Assembly (NCBI GenBank): GCA_052093725.1
Contig: JBQDHL010000001.1
Span: forward strand, 9,911 to 57,884
Origin: Jeotgalicoccus sp.
GTDB lineage: Bacteria > Bacillota > Bacilli > Staphylococcales > Salinicoccaceae
Direction: 5' to 3'
DNA: 47,974 nt
The notes beneath the pieces are model-generated. The model ran no database searches, had not been told where the DNA came from, and saw nothing but the letters and a program-made list of their open reading frames with translations. Below, piece by piece: positions 32,608 to 41,262 of the stretch. Numbering within the stretch: position 1 is the first letter of the stretch; each line of letters starts with the position of its first letter. Both the position numbers and the translations under genes were made by a program.

Positions 32608-33231
32608 ATGATTACCCGTAATAAAAAAATGATAAAGAAATTTATAATATGGATTTTTATTGCAGTGCTGGCGATGACAGTGTTCCTAGGTGTGAGTATT
32701 TATTTCAGTGATGATACAGGAGATATTTATTATCAGGGATTCTTCAGTTCGCTAAAAATTGCGACGCTTTTATTCGGTCTGATTGCTGTAATTACGCTTA
32801 AGAAATATGTCGCGCAGGGATTGTCGCGGAAAACGTTTTTTAAAGATAGCACATTGTCTATTGTCATGATTAGTTTGTATTCACTGTTATTAATAAATGT
32901 TTTCGGCTGGCTGCTGAACAAAGTTCCGGCACTTGCAGGACAAATTTTAACGAGTGAGTATATTGAGAATATGATACTTCTAAACGCATCAGCGTTTGTG
33001 GCAGCACTGCTTTTTTACTATGTGGGACTCACGATATTTTTCAGTTTTAGAATAAATGGGTGGTTTGGAACATTGGTAAGCATAGTGCTGGGCGTATTTT
33101 CAGGCTATATGAGTTTCACGGATATGCTGTTAAACAATCCGGGTCTGTATTTCCTAAGCGCAGGTGCTGCAATGCTTATATTTGGTTATCTCGCTTTCCG
33201 TGCAGTCACGGCAGCGTATATTAAAATTTAA
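32608..33231 (+). CDS. Putative ABC permease
   Basis: Multiple TM segments; GLSRKTFF loop. Confidence 0.72.
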   Translation: MITRNKKMIKKFIIWIFIAVLAMTVFLGVSIYFSDDTGDIYYQGFFSSLKIATLLFGLIAVITLKKYVAQGLSRKTFFKDSTLSIVMISLYSLLLINVFGWLLNKVPALAGQILTSEYIENMILLNASAFVAALLFYYVGLTIFFSFRINGWFGTLVSIVLGVFSGYMSFTDMLLNNPGLYFLSAGAAMLIFGYLAFRAVTAAYIKI

Positions 33232-33245
33232 AAAGGAGTGAGACC

Positions 33246-33914
33246 ATGACTACTAAATTAAAAGAAACGACGAAAATATTTACAAGCATATTTCCAGTAT
33301 GGTCACTCTGGTATATCGGGGTTCTGCTGATTGTATATATTATCTCGAATATTTTTACTAGTGAGGGGATTTCATCATTCTTTGGCTTCGGTATGACGGC
33401 CAACCGGACCTATCTGTTCGTGCTGGGAATTCTTTCAGTGCTGATGTTTACGGAGTGGGCAGTGAATATGGGAATATCGAGAAAGACATTTTTTAAATCG
33501 ATGATGATTACAGGACTGATTACGGCGGTGTTTGTAACAGTGATAGTTGGAATTATCACATTTGTATTATCATTCACACCTTTTACGGGTGATTATCTGA
33601 TAGTTGACGATCTCAGATATTTAACTGAATTTGAATATCTGATCTTCCACTTCATCAGCGGACTGCTGTTCTGGGCATTGGGTATGCTGATAGCCACTGC
33701 ATTTTACAGAGGATTCTGGGCAGGTATGCTGTCAATTTTATCAGGTCTTGTGGCACTGGTGATTCTGTTTTTTAATGAAGACTTGCTGAATTACCTCGGC
33801 TCAATCGGCAACATGACTGTGTATATCGGATTTGCATTGCTAATAGTTTTAACAATGCTTTACAGCTGGATTGGCTACAGAGTTATAAAAAATATACCGA
33901 TAAAATTCGGATAA
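33246..33914 (+). CDS. Putative ABC permease (paralog of the preceding gene)
   Basis: Multiple TM segments; GISRKTFF loop; SD AAGGAG. Confidence 0.72.
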   Translation: MTTKLKETTKIFTSIFPVWSLWYIGVLLIVYIISNIFTSEGISSFFGFGMTANRTYLFVLGILSVLMFTEWAVNMGISRKTFFKSMMITGLITAVFVTVIVGIITFVLSFTPFTGDYLIVDDLRYLTEFEYLIFHFISGLLFWALGMLIATAFYRGFWAGMLSILSGLVALVILFFNEDLLNYLGSIGNMTVYIGFALLIVLTMLYSWIGYRVIKNIPIKFG

Positions 33915-33920
33915 CAGAAG

Positions 33921-33954
33921 AAGCGGAATCTCACTCAAGTGGGATTCCGTTTTT
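33921..33954 (+). terminator. Intrinsic terminator
   Basis: GCGGAATCTCAC-TCAA-GTGGGATTCCGT followed by a T-tract. Confidence 0.8.
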
Positions 33955-34021
33955 CATTATACGAAATCACTCTTCAACAATTTAAGCAGCAAGAGGAGTA
34001 TAATTATATACAGAGAATTTT

Positions 34022-34795
34022 TTGAAGGGAAGGATAGTCATAACTCACATAAATATCACTGCTAAACGTTTATGTCTATACATCTTCGGTTTGTTTTTTC
34101 TTTCTCTGGGTGTCAGTTTTTCTATTCAAGCTAATCTCGGCGTTTCACCCGTGTCTTCATTAGCTTATGCATTTACACTTTCCACAGGGATTTCTATCGG
34201 AATTATGACGATAGCCGCGAACATACTTTTTATTATCATTCAAATTATTTTAAGCAAAAAATTTAATTTAAGAGAAGCGAGTGTTCAGCTTTTAATTGCG
34301 TTTCTTTTTGGCTTTATGATGGATATTACATTGTCACTCTTACAAGTATTTCCTGCACCTGAAACATGGGCAATGCGCGGGGTATTTTTGATTATAAGTT
34401 TATTTGTAGTATCTATTGGGCTGCTTGGCTATTTTAGTGCAAAATTCCCATTAATGCCTTACGATGAACTCACACATGTTATCAGTGAAAAGTTCAATGT
34501 TCAGTTCAGCAAAGCTAAAATTACCAGTGACTTACTAAACGTCGTTGCAGCAGGCATAATATGTATTGTTTTTATCCAGTCATTAGGTTCGATTGGTATC
34601 GGAACATTGATTGCTGCGTACTTTATCGGCAAAATTGTAGGTTGGATGATGAAGAAATATCAGCATCATTTAATTCATTGGTCAGGACAGAGAAGGGCAA
34701 TTGCGGAAGAGGTTATTGAAACAGCAGAACCGACGGAAGATACTGATTTAGAAGAAGGAAATTTGAAACCCGATGAAGAACCGGCAGCTCCATAG
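34022..34795 (+). CDS. YczE/YyaS/YitT-like membrane protein (start uncertain)
   Basis: ANLGVSP, PLMPYD and IGIGTLI motifs; acidic tail. Confidence 0.7.
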   Translation: MKGRIVITHINITAKRLCLYIFGLFFLSLGVSFSIQANLGVSPVSSLAYAFTLSTGISIGIMTIAANILFIIIQIILSKKFNLREASVQLLIAFLFGFMMDITLSLLQVFPAPETWAMRGVFLIISLFVVSIGLLGYFSAKFPLMPYDELTHVISEKFNVQFSKAKITSDLLNVVAAGIICIVFIQSLGSIGIGTLIAAYFIGKIVGWMMKKYQHHLIHWSGQRRAIAEEVIETAEPTEDTDLEEGNLKPDEEPAAP

Positions 34796-34803
34796 TATAT
34801 GTT

Positions 34804-34833
34804 AGGAATCTCAAATTATGAGGTTCTTTTTTT
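34804..34833 (+). terminator. Intrinsic terminator
   Basis: AGGAATCTCA-AATTA-TGAGGTTCT followed by a T-tract. Confidence 0.6.
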
Positions 34834-34949
34834 ATGTAACGGATAATGTGAAACAACGAATCAGTAACTCTTAAAGGGATATTACTTTCAATCACCGGTA
34901 TTCTTTTATAACATATTACGCAATGAAGAAAAGTGAAAGGAAGCTACCC

Positions 34950-35930
34950 ATGAACCGCATGCCGTTTTTTGATAATGCGAGATTAGTGTTAATTTTTCTC
35001 GTAGTATTTGGTCATATGATTCAGCCATTTGCGACTGATTCACAGCTGATCAATTCGATTTATGCATTTATATATATTTTTCATATGCCGATGTTCATTA
35101 TGCTGGCGGGCTTCTTTGCCAAAGGTATCGGTGAACCGAAATACATTTTAAATCTCGCGAAAAAATTACTGCTTCCTTATTTAATGTTCCAGGGACTGTA
35201 CACGCTATTGTATTATCTGCTCGAACGTGAAGAGTGGTACAAGGGCATCCTGCATCCGCAATGGGCGATGTGGTTTTTAATCAGCCTGTTCTGCTGGCAC
35301 ATTCTGCTCGTACTGTTTAAAAGAATGCCGGCAGTAGCAAGTACTCTTCTTGCGGTATTTATCGGCATTGCAATCGGCTACGTCGATCTGTCAGCATATG
35401 GACTCAGTCTGTCACGCACGTTCGCATTCTTCCCGTTCTTTTTAGCAGGTTACTTTATGAAAAAAGAACATGTTCAGCTGATAAAAACCAAGGCCTTAAG
35501 TATCGCATCAGTTATTTTTATGATTGCGCTGTTTGCATTTATTTATCTCTTTATCAACGTGGATGTAACGCTTGATACCGACTGGTTATCCGGTGCAGTC
35601 GCTTACCAGCGTCTTGAAGCGGAAATCAGCGGCGGATTGATGCGCCTCATTATTTATATTCTGGCAGCTCTCTTAATTGTCAGTATGATTGCGTTAATAC
35701 CATCGGGAGATTTCGGCTGGCTGACGAAAATCGGTGAGAAAACATTATATGTTTATCTGCTGCACGGATTTATTATCCAGCCGTTGAGAGAGTTTGAAAT
35801 ACTGTGGTATAACCATTGGTATGAAACGTTCTGGTTCGTGCTGCTGTCAGCATTAATTGTTATTCTGCTTTCAAGTAAACCAGTTGTTGCGGTGACGCGG
35901 CCGCTCGTTGAATTGAAGTTGAGGAAATAA
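34950..35930 (+). CDS. Acyltransferase-3 family membrane O-acetyltransferase (YkrP-like; likely start 34950)
   Basis: FFDNAR..LIFLVVFGH, FHMPMF, WFL, YVYLLH. Confidence 0.85.
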   Translation: MNRMPFFDNARLVLIFLVVFGHMIQPFATDSQLINSIYAFIYIFHMPMFIMLAGFFAKGIGEPKYILNLAKKLLLPYLMFQGLYTLLYYLLEREEWYKGILHPQWAMWFLISLFCWHILLVLFKRMPAVASTLLAVFIGIAIGYVDLSAYGLSLSRTFAFFPFFLAGYFMKKEHVQLIKTKALSIASVIFMIALFAFIYLFINVDVTLDTDWLSGAVAYQRLEAEISGGLMRLIIYILAALLIVSMIALIPSGDFGWLTKIGEKTLYVYLLHGFIIQPLREFEILWYNHWYETFWFVLLSALIVILLSSKPVVAVTRPLVELKLRK

Positions 35931-35969
35931 AAAAGGACACAGAATCCACACGGATTTCTGTGTCCTTTT
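35931..35969 (+). terminator. Intrinsic terminator
   Basis: AAAAGGACACAGAA...TTCTGTGTCCTTTT. Confidence 0.75.
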
Positions 35970-36057
35970 GCTGTTTTATGTATGATAGTTCCAATAAAGG
36001 GTAATAAATATTAATAGGGCGTTTTACATAATTAAATAACGGTAATGGAGGATTAAC

Positions 36058-36255
36058 ATGATTATAAATGTTAGGGAACTGCTGCCATTTCTAATTCCGT
36101 TAATAATTTTCCAGCTGCTTTTAATGATTTCCGCCCTGGCAATGATAGTCAAACAGAGGCGCTTTAAATATTTAAACAGAGCGGCGTGGGTAGTTATTGT
36201 TGTTGTATTTAATGTTGTCGGACCTGTCTTGTATTTCGTGCTGGAACGTAAATGA
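36058..36255 (+). CDS. PLDc_N-domain small membrane protein (YxlE-like)
   Basis: LLPFLIPLI, W..I......GPVLYF signature; SD GGAGG. Confidence 0.8.
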   Translation: MIINVRELLPFLIPLIIFQLLLMISALAMIVKQRRFKYLNRAAWVVIVVVFNVVGPVLYFVLERK

Positions 36256-36302
36256 ATTTTTAAAAAAAGATGATGCAGAAATCCATAAGGGTTTCTGCTT
36301 TT

Positions 36303-36347
36303 TAATTACCTTCTAAGTCAACCAGCGATTGACTTAGAAGGTAATTA
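36303..36347. repeat. Perfect 19-bp inverted repeat with a 7-nt loop
   Basis: TAATTACCTTCTAAGTCAA-CCAGCGA-TTGACTTAGAAGGTAATTA. Confidence 0.9.
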
Positions 36348-36571
36348 TGTAAACCGAACTCTTAGCAAGAATTTTTCATTTTCATATAATTTTGGTTGGT
36401 CTCAGGTACCTATGTTAATATAAAAGTAAAAAGAATCAGTATTCAACAAACAGGCCAATTCTTTGCTAAAAAAATAACAGCGGAATGTAATTTCAAATAA
36501 ATTAATAAATTACAAACATAAGGGAAACTGACTAGTATAATGGTTTTTTTGCAAAGGAGTGCGTTGAAGAA

Positions 36572-37126
36572 ATGAAACAAAGTACAAGCTCTTATACATC
36601 TCTACCAATCCCTAAAATTCTGCATGAATTGTTCGGGAAGAGAACAACAAAGGTTGAATTAACAATTGTTTTGATTAGCTGCATCGTTATCTCTTCTTTT
36701 TTGCTCATACATACATATAGTGAATGGTCCGATCTTACAGTATGGAAAAAGATATTACTATTATTATTGACAGTAGACATTACCGGTGGTGTTGTAGCTA
36801 ATATTACAAAAGCTACAAATGAATATTATCAAGCAAGTCAGAAAGCAAGATTAGTTTTTTTAGCAATCCATGTTCAACCGCTTTTACTAGGTTGGTTGTT
36901 CGGCAATTTTATATTGTGTGTGACTGTTTGGGTTGTAACTACAGTGACTGCATTATTTATTACTAATCTAAGTGGAAAAGGGGTTCAGCGTACTGCTGGA
37001 ATGGCAGTGGCTCTAACAGGAGTGTGCTTCTTAATTGTGCTGCCTGATATTCATCTCATTTTAAATAGTCTACTCGCATTATATATATTGAAACTTGCTT
37101 TTAGCTTTGCAGTTAACCACGATTAA
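36572..37126 (+). CDS. Hypothetical multi-TM membrane protein, AT-rich
   Basis: SD AAGGAG; 184-aa hydrophobic ORF containing DITGGVVAN; has its own terminator. Confidence 0.75.
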   Translation: MKQSTSSYTSLPIPKILHELFGKRTTKVELTIVLISCIVISSFLLIHTYSEWSDLTVWKKILLLLLTVDITGGVVANITKATNEYYQASQKARLVFLAIHVQPLLLGWLFGNFILCVTVWVVTTVTALFITNLSGKGVQRTAGMAVALTGVCFLIVLPDIHLILNSLLALYILKLAFSFAVNHD

Positions 37127-37162
37127 AACTAATTAACTGAAAAATTTCATTAGGATACCTAC

Positions 37163-37210
37163 AAGAGGATGACCAGTAGCGAGAATTTTCGCTTTTGGTC
37201 ATCCTTTTTT
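37163..37210 (+). terminator. Intrinsic terminator
   Basis: AGGATGACCA..AGCGAG...TTCGCT..TGGTCATCCT followed by a T-tract. Confidence 0.75.
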
Positions 37211-37393
37211 GTTTCTCCCCCTTAGAAAGCTGGAAAATCCCTGCATCTACTTCTGTTGAAACGAGACTGAGTGATGTTATGCCTGTGGTGTTAATTACTG
37301 CAGTAGCTTCAATACTCATATTTTAATTGTCGATTGTGACATTTAATAAAGCAGTAATTTGAAGAAAGAGACTCTCGAGTTGAAGAGTCTCCT

Positions 37394-38122
37394 TTAAAGT
37401 TCTTCTGCTTCAATTTCATTGCGGAGCGCCGAAATTTCTGTGCGCGTCATCGGAGCAAGGTGGCCGTGGATATATGTTCCATAAGGGATTTTGTCGACGC
37501 TCTTAACGTACTCATAAAATTTGTCTGCATCGTAACCGCCATCCAGTTCGTAAAAATCGCCTGTGTCGGCATCGCCGGCGAATAGAACTTTGTCTTCTTG
37601 AATGAAGACGACTGCTCCGTCAGCGGAATGCGGGTTTGTGATTGGTGTCATTTCAACTGTGACATTGCCGAGGTTCAGCGTTAAATCCCCGTCGAATTCA
37701 ACGTCTGCCGTGATAACTTTTATGTCGGCAATATCATCGTATTCAATTTTTATATGCGTATCGCAGAACTCACATTCCTCGCCGGTTTTAAGACGCTCAG
37801 CCATTGCTTCCTGCGTCCATTGCCATTGAGTAAGATTGTTTAAGATTTCATTCGTTTTGGTATGGGTTATCGTTGTGCCTGGGAAAGCATGCATGCCGAA
37901 TGTGTGGTCCCAGTGCCAATGAGTAATCAGCGCGATTTTCGGATCAGGAAGACCGGCATTTTTAATGGCATCGAGCATTGTGTTTAGGTGAGCTTCGGAA
38001 TTACCTGAGTCAACAAGCACGCTGAACTTTTCGCCGTGTATGTAGCCGAGATTCGGACGATCGCGGTTACTGTCGAACGGCAATATGTATACGTGGGGTG
38101 AAACCTGTTTAAGCATAATCAT
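37394..38122 (-). CDS. Metallo-beta-lactamase-fold hydrolase
   Basis: VDSG, THWHWDH (HxHxDH), PHS, FAGD, HGH. Confidence 0.88.
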   Translation of the reverse strand: MIMLKQVSPHVYILPFDSNRDRPNLGYIHGEKFSVLVDSGNSEAHLNTMLDAIKNAGLPDPKIALITHWHWDHTFGMHAFPGTTITHTKTNEILNNLTQWQWTQEAMAERLKTGEECEFCDTHIKIEYDDIADIKVITADVEFDGDLTLNLGNVTVEMTPITNPHSADGAVVFIQEDKVLFAGDADTGDFYELDGGYDADKFYEYVKSVDKIPYGTYIHGHLAPMTRTEISALRNEIEAEEL

Positions 38123-38144
38123 CTTCCTTTATATAAACAGATAG

Positions 38145-38174
38145 AAAACCACTTAACTTCTGTTAAGTGGTTTT
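38145..38174 (-). terminator. Terminator after the 40-aa peptide gene
   Basis: AAAACCACTTAAC-TTCT-GTTAAGTGGTTTT, perfect stem. Confidence 0.8.
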
Positions 38175-38183
38175 AATCTTGTC

Positions 38184-38306
38184 TTATTTTCTTTTCTTAC
38201 CTTTTGAAGAGGAATTTTTGTCATCTTTGTTCATAAATTTCTGCACTATTTTATTTATAATGATTGGTGCGATAAAAATTGCCGCACGTCTGAGTAAACG
38301 TCCCAT
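38184..38306 (-). CDS. Unannotated 40-aa cationic amphipathic peptide MGRLLRRAAIFIAPIIINKIVQKFMNKDDKNSSSKGKKRK
   Basis: AGGAGG SD 7 nt before the ATG, upstream sigmaB-like promoter, downstream terminator. Confidence 0.75.
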   Translation of the reverse strand: MGRLLRRAAIFIAPIIINKIVQKFMNKDDKNSSSKGKKRK

Positions 38307-38338
38307 AAATTTACCTCCTAATTGATAGATAGTTATAT

Positions 38339-38364
38339 ATAACCATTATCTCACATAGTAAAAC
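38339..38364 (-). promoter_or_regulatory. sigmaB-type promoter
   Basis: GTTTTA-14 bp-GGTTAT on the minus strand (consensus GTTTAA-N12-14-GGGTAT). Confidence 0.55.
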
Positions 38365-38434
38365 CAACTGGTTAGAAAAACGCACGGGAAAATGCCTTTA
38401 ACAGTGCTGTGGTAGAGGAGGAGACAGGGATGCG

Positions 38435-38461
38435 GTCGCATGAGCGATGTTCATCGGACTC
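38435..38461 (-). repeat. Second degenerate solo copy of the 41-bp array palindrome
   Basis: Minus strand GAGTCCGATGA-ACATCGC-TCATGCGAC versus array GAGTTCTATGA-N7-TCATAGGAA. Confidence 0.45.
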
Positions 38462-38488
38462 AACAGGCTCAATCACCAGCGCACCCGC

Positions 38489-38520
38489 AAAAAAAAGACG
38501 ATTCCCGTCAGGAAATCGTC
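38489..38520 (-). terminator. Terminator of chdC
   Basis: A8-GACGATT...AATCGTC. Confidence 0.75.
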
Positions 38521-38535
38521 AGTCATAAATAAAAT

Positions 38536-39285
38536 TTATCCGAAGTAATCCGCGATTGCATCGTTCGGGATATGTCCGCCGACGTAGAAGTCGCCGAAGA
38601 CGCCGTAGCGTGCGCTTGTTTCATCGAATCTCATTTCGTAGATAATCTTTTTGAATTCGAGCATGTCATCTGATAATAATGTAACTGCCCATTCGTATTT
38701 GTCTAAGCCTTGTGAGCCTGTGATGTACTGCTTAATCTTGCCGGCATATTGACGGCCAATCATGCCGTGGTCACGCATTAATTTCTTGCGTTCTTCCATT
38801 GGCAGCATGTACCAGTTGTCATCGAGGTCGCGTTTTTTATCCATCGGATAGAAACAGATGTATTTAGATTTTTCCAGTGAAGGATATAATCTCTGCTGAA
38901 TGTGAGGGATTTCCATCATCTCTTCAGGAGTCTTATTTCCGCCTAAGTAGCTGCTCATCTCGATAATTGATACGTATGAGTAAGTTGGGATTAAGAAGTC
39001 CGCAATTGCAAGCTTGTTAATTTCAAGTTCAAGATTAATCAGTTCGTCTGCTGTTGGACGCAGCAGCCAGATAATAACATCTGCTTTATGTCCCATGATA
39101 TTATAGAATGCATAGTCACCTTCGTGTTTTTCATGCACTTCTTCTTGTCTGTTTAAAAAAGCCTGAAGTTCATCTGTCAGAGAATTTCTTTCATCTTTGT
39201 CCAGTACACGCAAAGCTGCCCAGTCCACGCTGTAAAGCAGGTGTAAGCTGTACCAGCCATCTATCGTACTTACCGGTTCACTCAT
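38536..39285 (-). CDS. chdC: Coproheme decarboxylase (HemQ)
   Basis: [16 protein letters not shown]...[24 protein letters not shown]; divergent from pta. Confidence 0.93.
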   Translation of the reverse strand: MSEPVSTIDGWYSLHLLYSVDWAALRVLDKDERNSLTDELQAFLNRQEEVHEKHEGDYAFYNIMGHKADVIIWLLRPTADELINLELEINKLAIADFLIPTYSYVSIIEMSSYLGGNKTPEEMMEIPHIQQRLYPSLEKSKYICFYPMDKKRDLDDNWYMLPMEERKKLMRDHGMIGRQYAGKIKQYITGSQGLDKYEWAVTLLSDDMLEFKKIIYEMRFDETSARYGVFGDFYVGGHIPNDAIADYFG

Positions 39286-39416
39286 CTTAGTCTCTCCTTA
39301 TTAAGTCATTACTTCTATTCTAGACTAATGGAAAACGTTTTAACAAGAGATTCTGTTTAAAAGATGTGACAAAACACGTATAATATACTTAAAGTATAGT
39401 AGCCAAGGAGGATATA

Positions 39417-40406
39417 ATGAGTAAATTCATTAAAGATCTTAAAAATAATTTAAATGGTGAAAATATCAGGATTGTATTTCCAGAAGGTACAGATAAAAGA
39501 ATTCTGACTGCAGCAGCAGGTCATTTAGAGAACAGCTACGTGCATCCCATTGTTCTGGGAGATGCTGACGAGCTGAATAAAATTGCGGCAGAGGAAAACA
39601 TTGATATAGAGGGTTTAGAAATTTTAAACCCGAAAAAATCTGATTTAAGCGCGGAGCTTGCGGAGAAATTTTGTGAAGTTAGACAGGGCAAAGTGACGCT
39701 GGAACAGGCTCAGGATATTATTCAAAATATAAATTATTTTGGAACGATGCTTGTACATACAGGCTATGCTGACGGAATGGTGTCAGGCGCGATGCATTCG
39801 ACACCGGACACGGTGCGCCCGGCACTGCAAATTATTAAAACAAAAGAAGGCGTCTCGAAAACGAGCGGTATTTTCTTTATGCGCCGAGGCGATGAACTGT
39901 ATGTAATGGGAGATTGTGCGATTAACCCGACACTGACTGCTGAAGAGCTTTCGGAAGTTGCGGTTGAAACAGCGAAGACGACGATGAGTTTCGGTATTAC
40001 ACCGCGTGTTGCGCTCTTAAGCTTTTCTTCAAAAGGATCTGCAAAAACAGAAGAAGCGGAGAAAGTCCGTTTAGCCACTGAGTACGCACAGGATAAACTT
40101 CCGGATACGTTAATCGACGGCGAGCTGCAGTTTGATGCGGCATTCGTTCCCGGTGTAGCTGAGAAAAAATCTCCGAATTCCCCACTCGAAGGAAATGCGA
40201 ATGTCTTTATCTTCCCATCACTTGAAGCGGGTAATATCGGTTATAAAATTGCTCAGCGTTTAGGCGGATTCGAAGCTTACGGACCGATTTTGCAAGGCTT
40301 GAACAAGCCGGTTAACGATCTGTCACGAGGTACGACGACGGAAGAAGTGTATAACCTGGCATTATTTACAGCAACACAGGTGATGGCGAATCGTCATGAC
40401 AGCTGA
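39417..40406 (+). CDS. pta: Phosphate acetyltransferase
   Basis: IVFPEG, TVRPALQIIK, GDCAIN, DGELQFDAA, NDLSRG. Confidence 0.96.
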   Translation: MSKFIKDLKNNLNGENIRIVFPEGTDKRILTAAAGHLENSYVHPIVLGDADELNKIAAEENIDIEGLEILNPKKSDLSAELAEKFCEVRQGKVTLEQAQDIIQNINYFGTMLVHTGYADGMVSGAMHSTPDTVRPALQIIKTKEGVSKTSGIFFMRRGDELYVMGDCAINPTLTAEELSEVAVETAKTTMSFGITPRVALLSFSSKGSAKTEEAEKVRLATEYAQDKLPDTLIDGELQFDAAFVPGVAEKKSPNSPLEGNANVFIFPSLEAGNIGYKIAQRLGGFEAYGPILQGLNKPVNDLSRGTTTEEVYNLALFTATQVMANRHDS

Positions 40407-41211
40407 ATTTTTTAACGGACCGATGGAAGTCATTGATAGAATGCGGACGGGAAATCCGTTTGAATCATTTGCGTTCGATGACTTCCTGCAGCATCAAATC
40501 AGTGAAGACAATGTACCTAAAGTACGGTTTTGGGTGCATTCACCTTATATTATATTAGGACTTCAGGATGCGAGACTGCCAAAACTATCTTACGGACTCG
40601 ACTACATTTCAGATGCAGGCTACGATTATATCGTGCGCAACAGCGGAGGTTTAGGTGTTGTGCTGGACGAAGGTGTACTGAATATCACTTTGATTTTACC
40701 TAAAGCAGATTTTCCTTACATAGAAAAAGGCTATGATATAATGACAGAATTAGTAATAAAAATGTTTCCGGAAGGAAAAATCGAAGCGTATGAAATTTCA
40801 GCAAGCTACTGTCCCGGGACTTACGACTTAAGTATCGGTGGCAAAAAGTTCGCAGGCATTTCACAGCGCCGCATTAAAGACGGTGTCGCTGTTCAGATAT
40901 ACTTATCTATTACAGGCAGCGGAGCGGAGCGTGCGTTAATGATGCAGGACTTTTACCGAGATGCACATGCAGCAGACAGTAAAAAGTTCACGTATCCGGT
41001 AATTAATCCCGAGCATATGGCATCTTTAAATGAACTGCTCAGTGCGAATTTTACAATTGAAGAAGTTGAAGAACGTGCATTGAATGCACTCCGTGATATG
41101 GGTGCGGAAATGACAGATTATCCGGTACTGAACGACGAGCAGCAGGCTCAGTATGAACAGTTCCTCGGAAACATTAAAGAACGTAATAAAAAATACGTAA
41201 CTTTTGACTGA
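40396..41211 (+). CDS. lipL: Lipoyl amidotransferase LipL
   Basis: SFAFDD, RNSGG, SYCPGTYDL, KFAGISQRR; follows pta. Confidence 0.88.
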   Translation: MTAEFFNGPMEVIDRMRTGNPFESFAFDDFLQHQISEDNVPKVRFWVHSPYIILGLQDARLPKLSYGLDYISDAGYDYIVRNSGGLGVVLDEGVLNITLILPKADFPYIEKGYDIMTELVIKMFPEGKIEAYEISASYCPGTYDLSIGGKKFAGISQRRIKDGVAVQIYLSITGSGAERALMMQDFYRDAHAADSKKFTYPVINPEHMASLNELLSANFTIEEVEERALNALRDMGAEMTDYPVLNDEQQAQYEQFLGNIKERNKKYVTFD

Positions 41212-41238
41212 CCAGTATATATTTAATACTGGTTTTTT
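41211..41238 (+). terminator. Weak intrinsic terminator after lipL
   Basis: ACCAGTAT...ATACTGGT followed by a T-tract. Confidence 0.55.
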
Positions 41239-41262
41239 CATTTTCATGAAAGAAGGAATGGT

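Noticed and set aside
37113-37319. 68-aa minus-strand ORF as a real gene
   Set aside because: It crosses a terminator, has no SD, and its composition is not protein-like.
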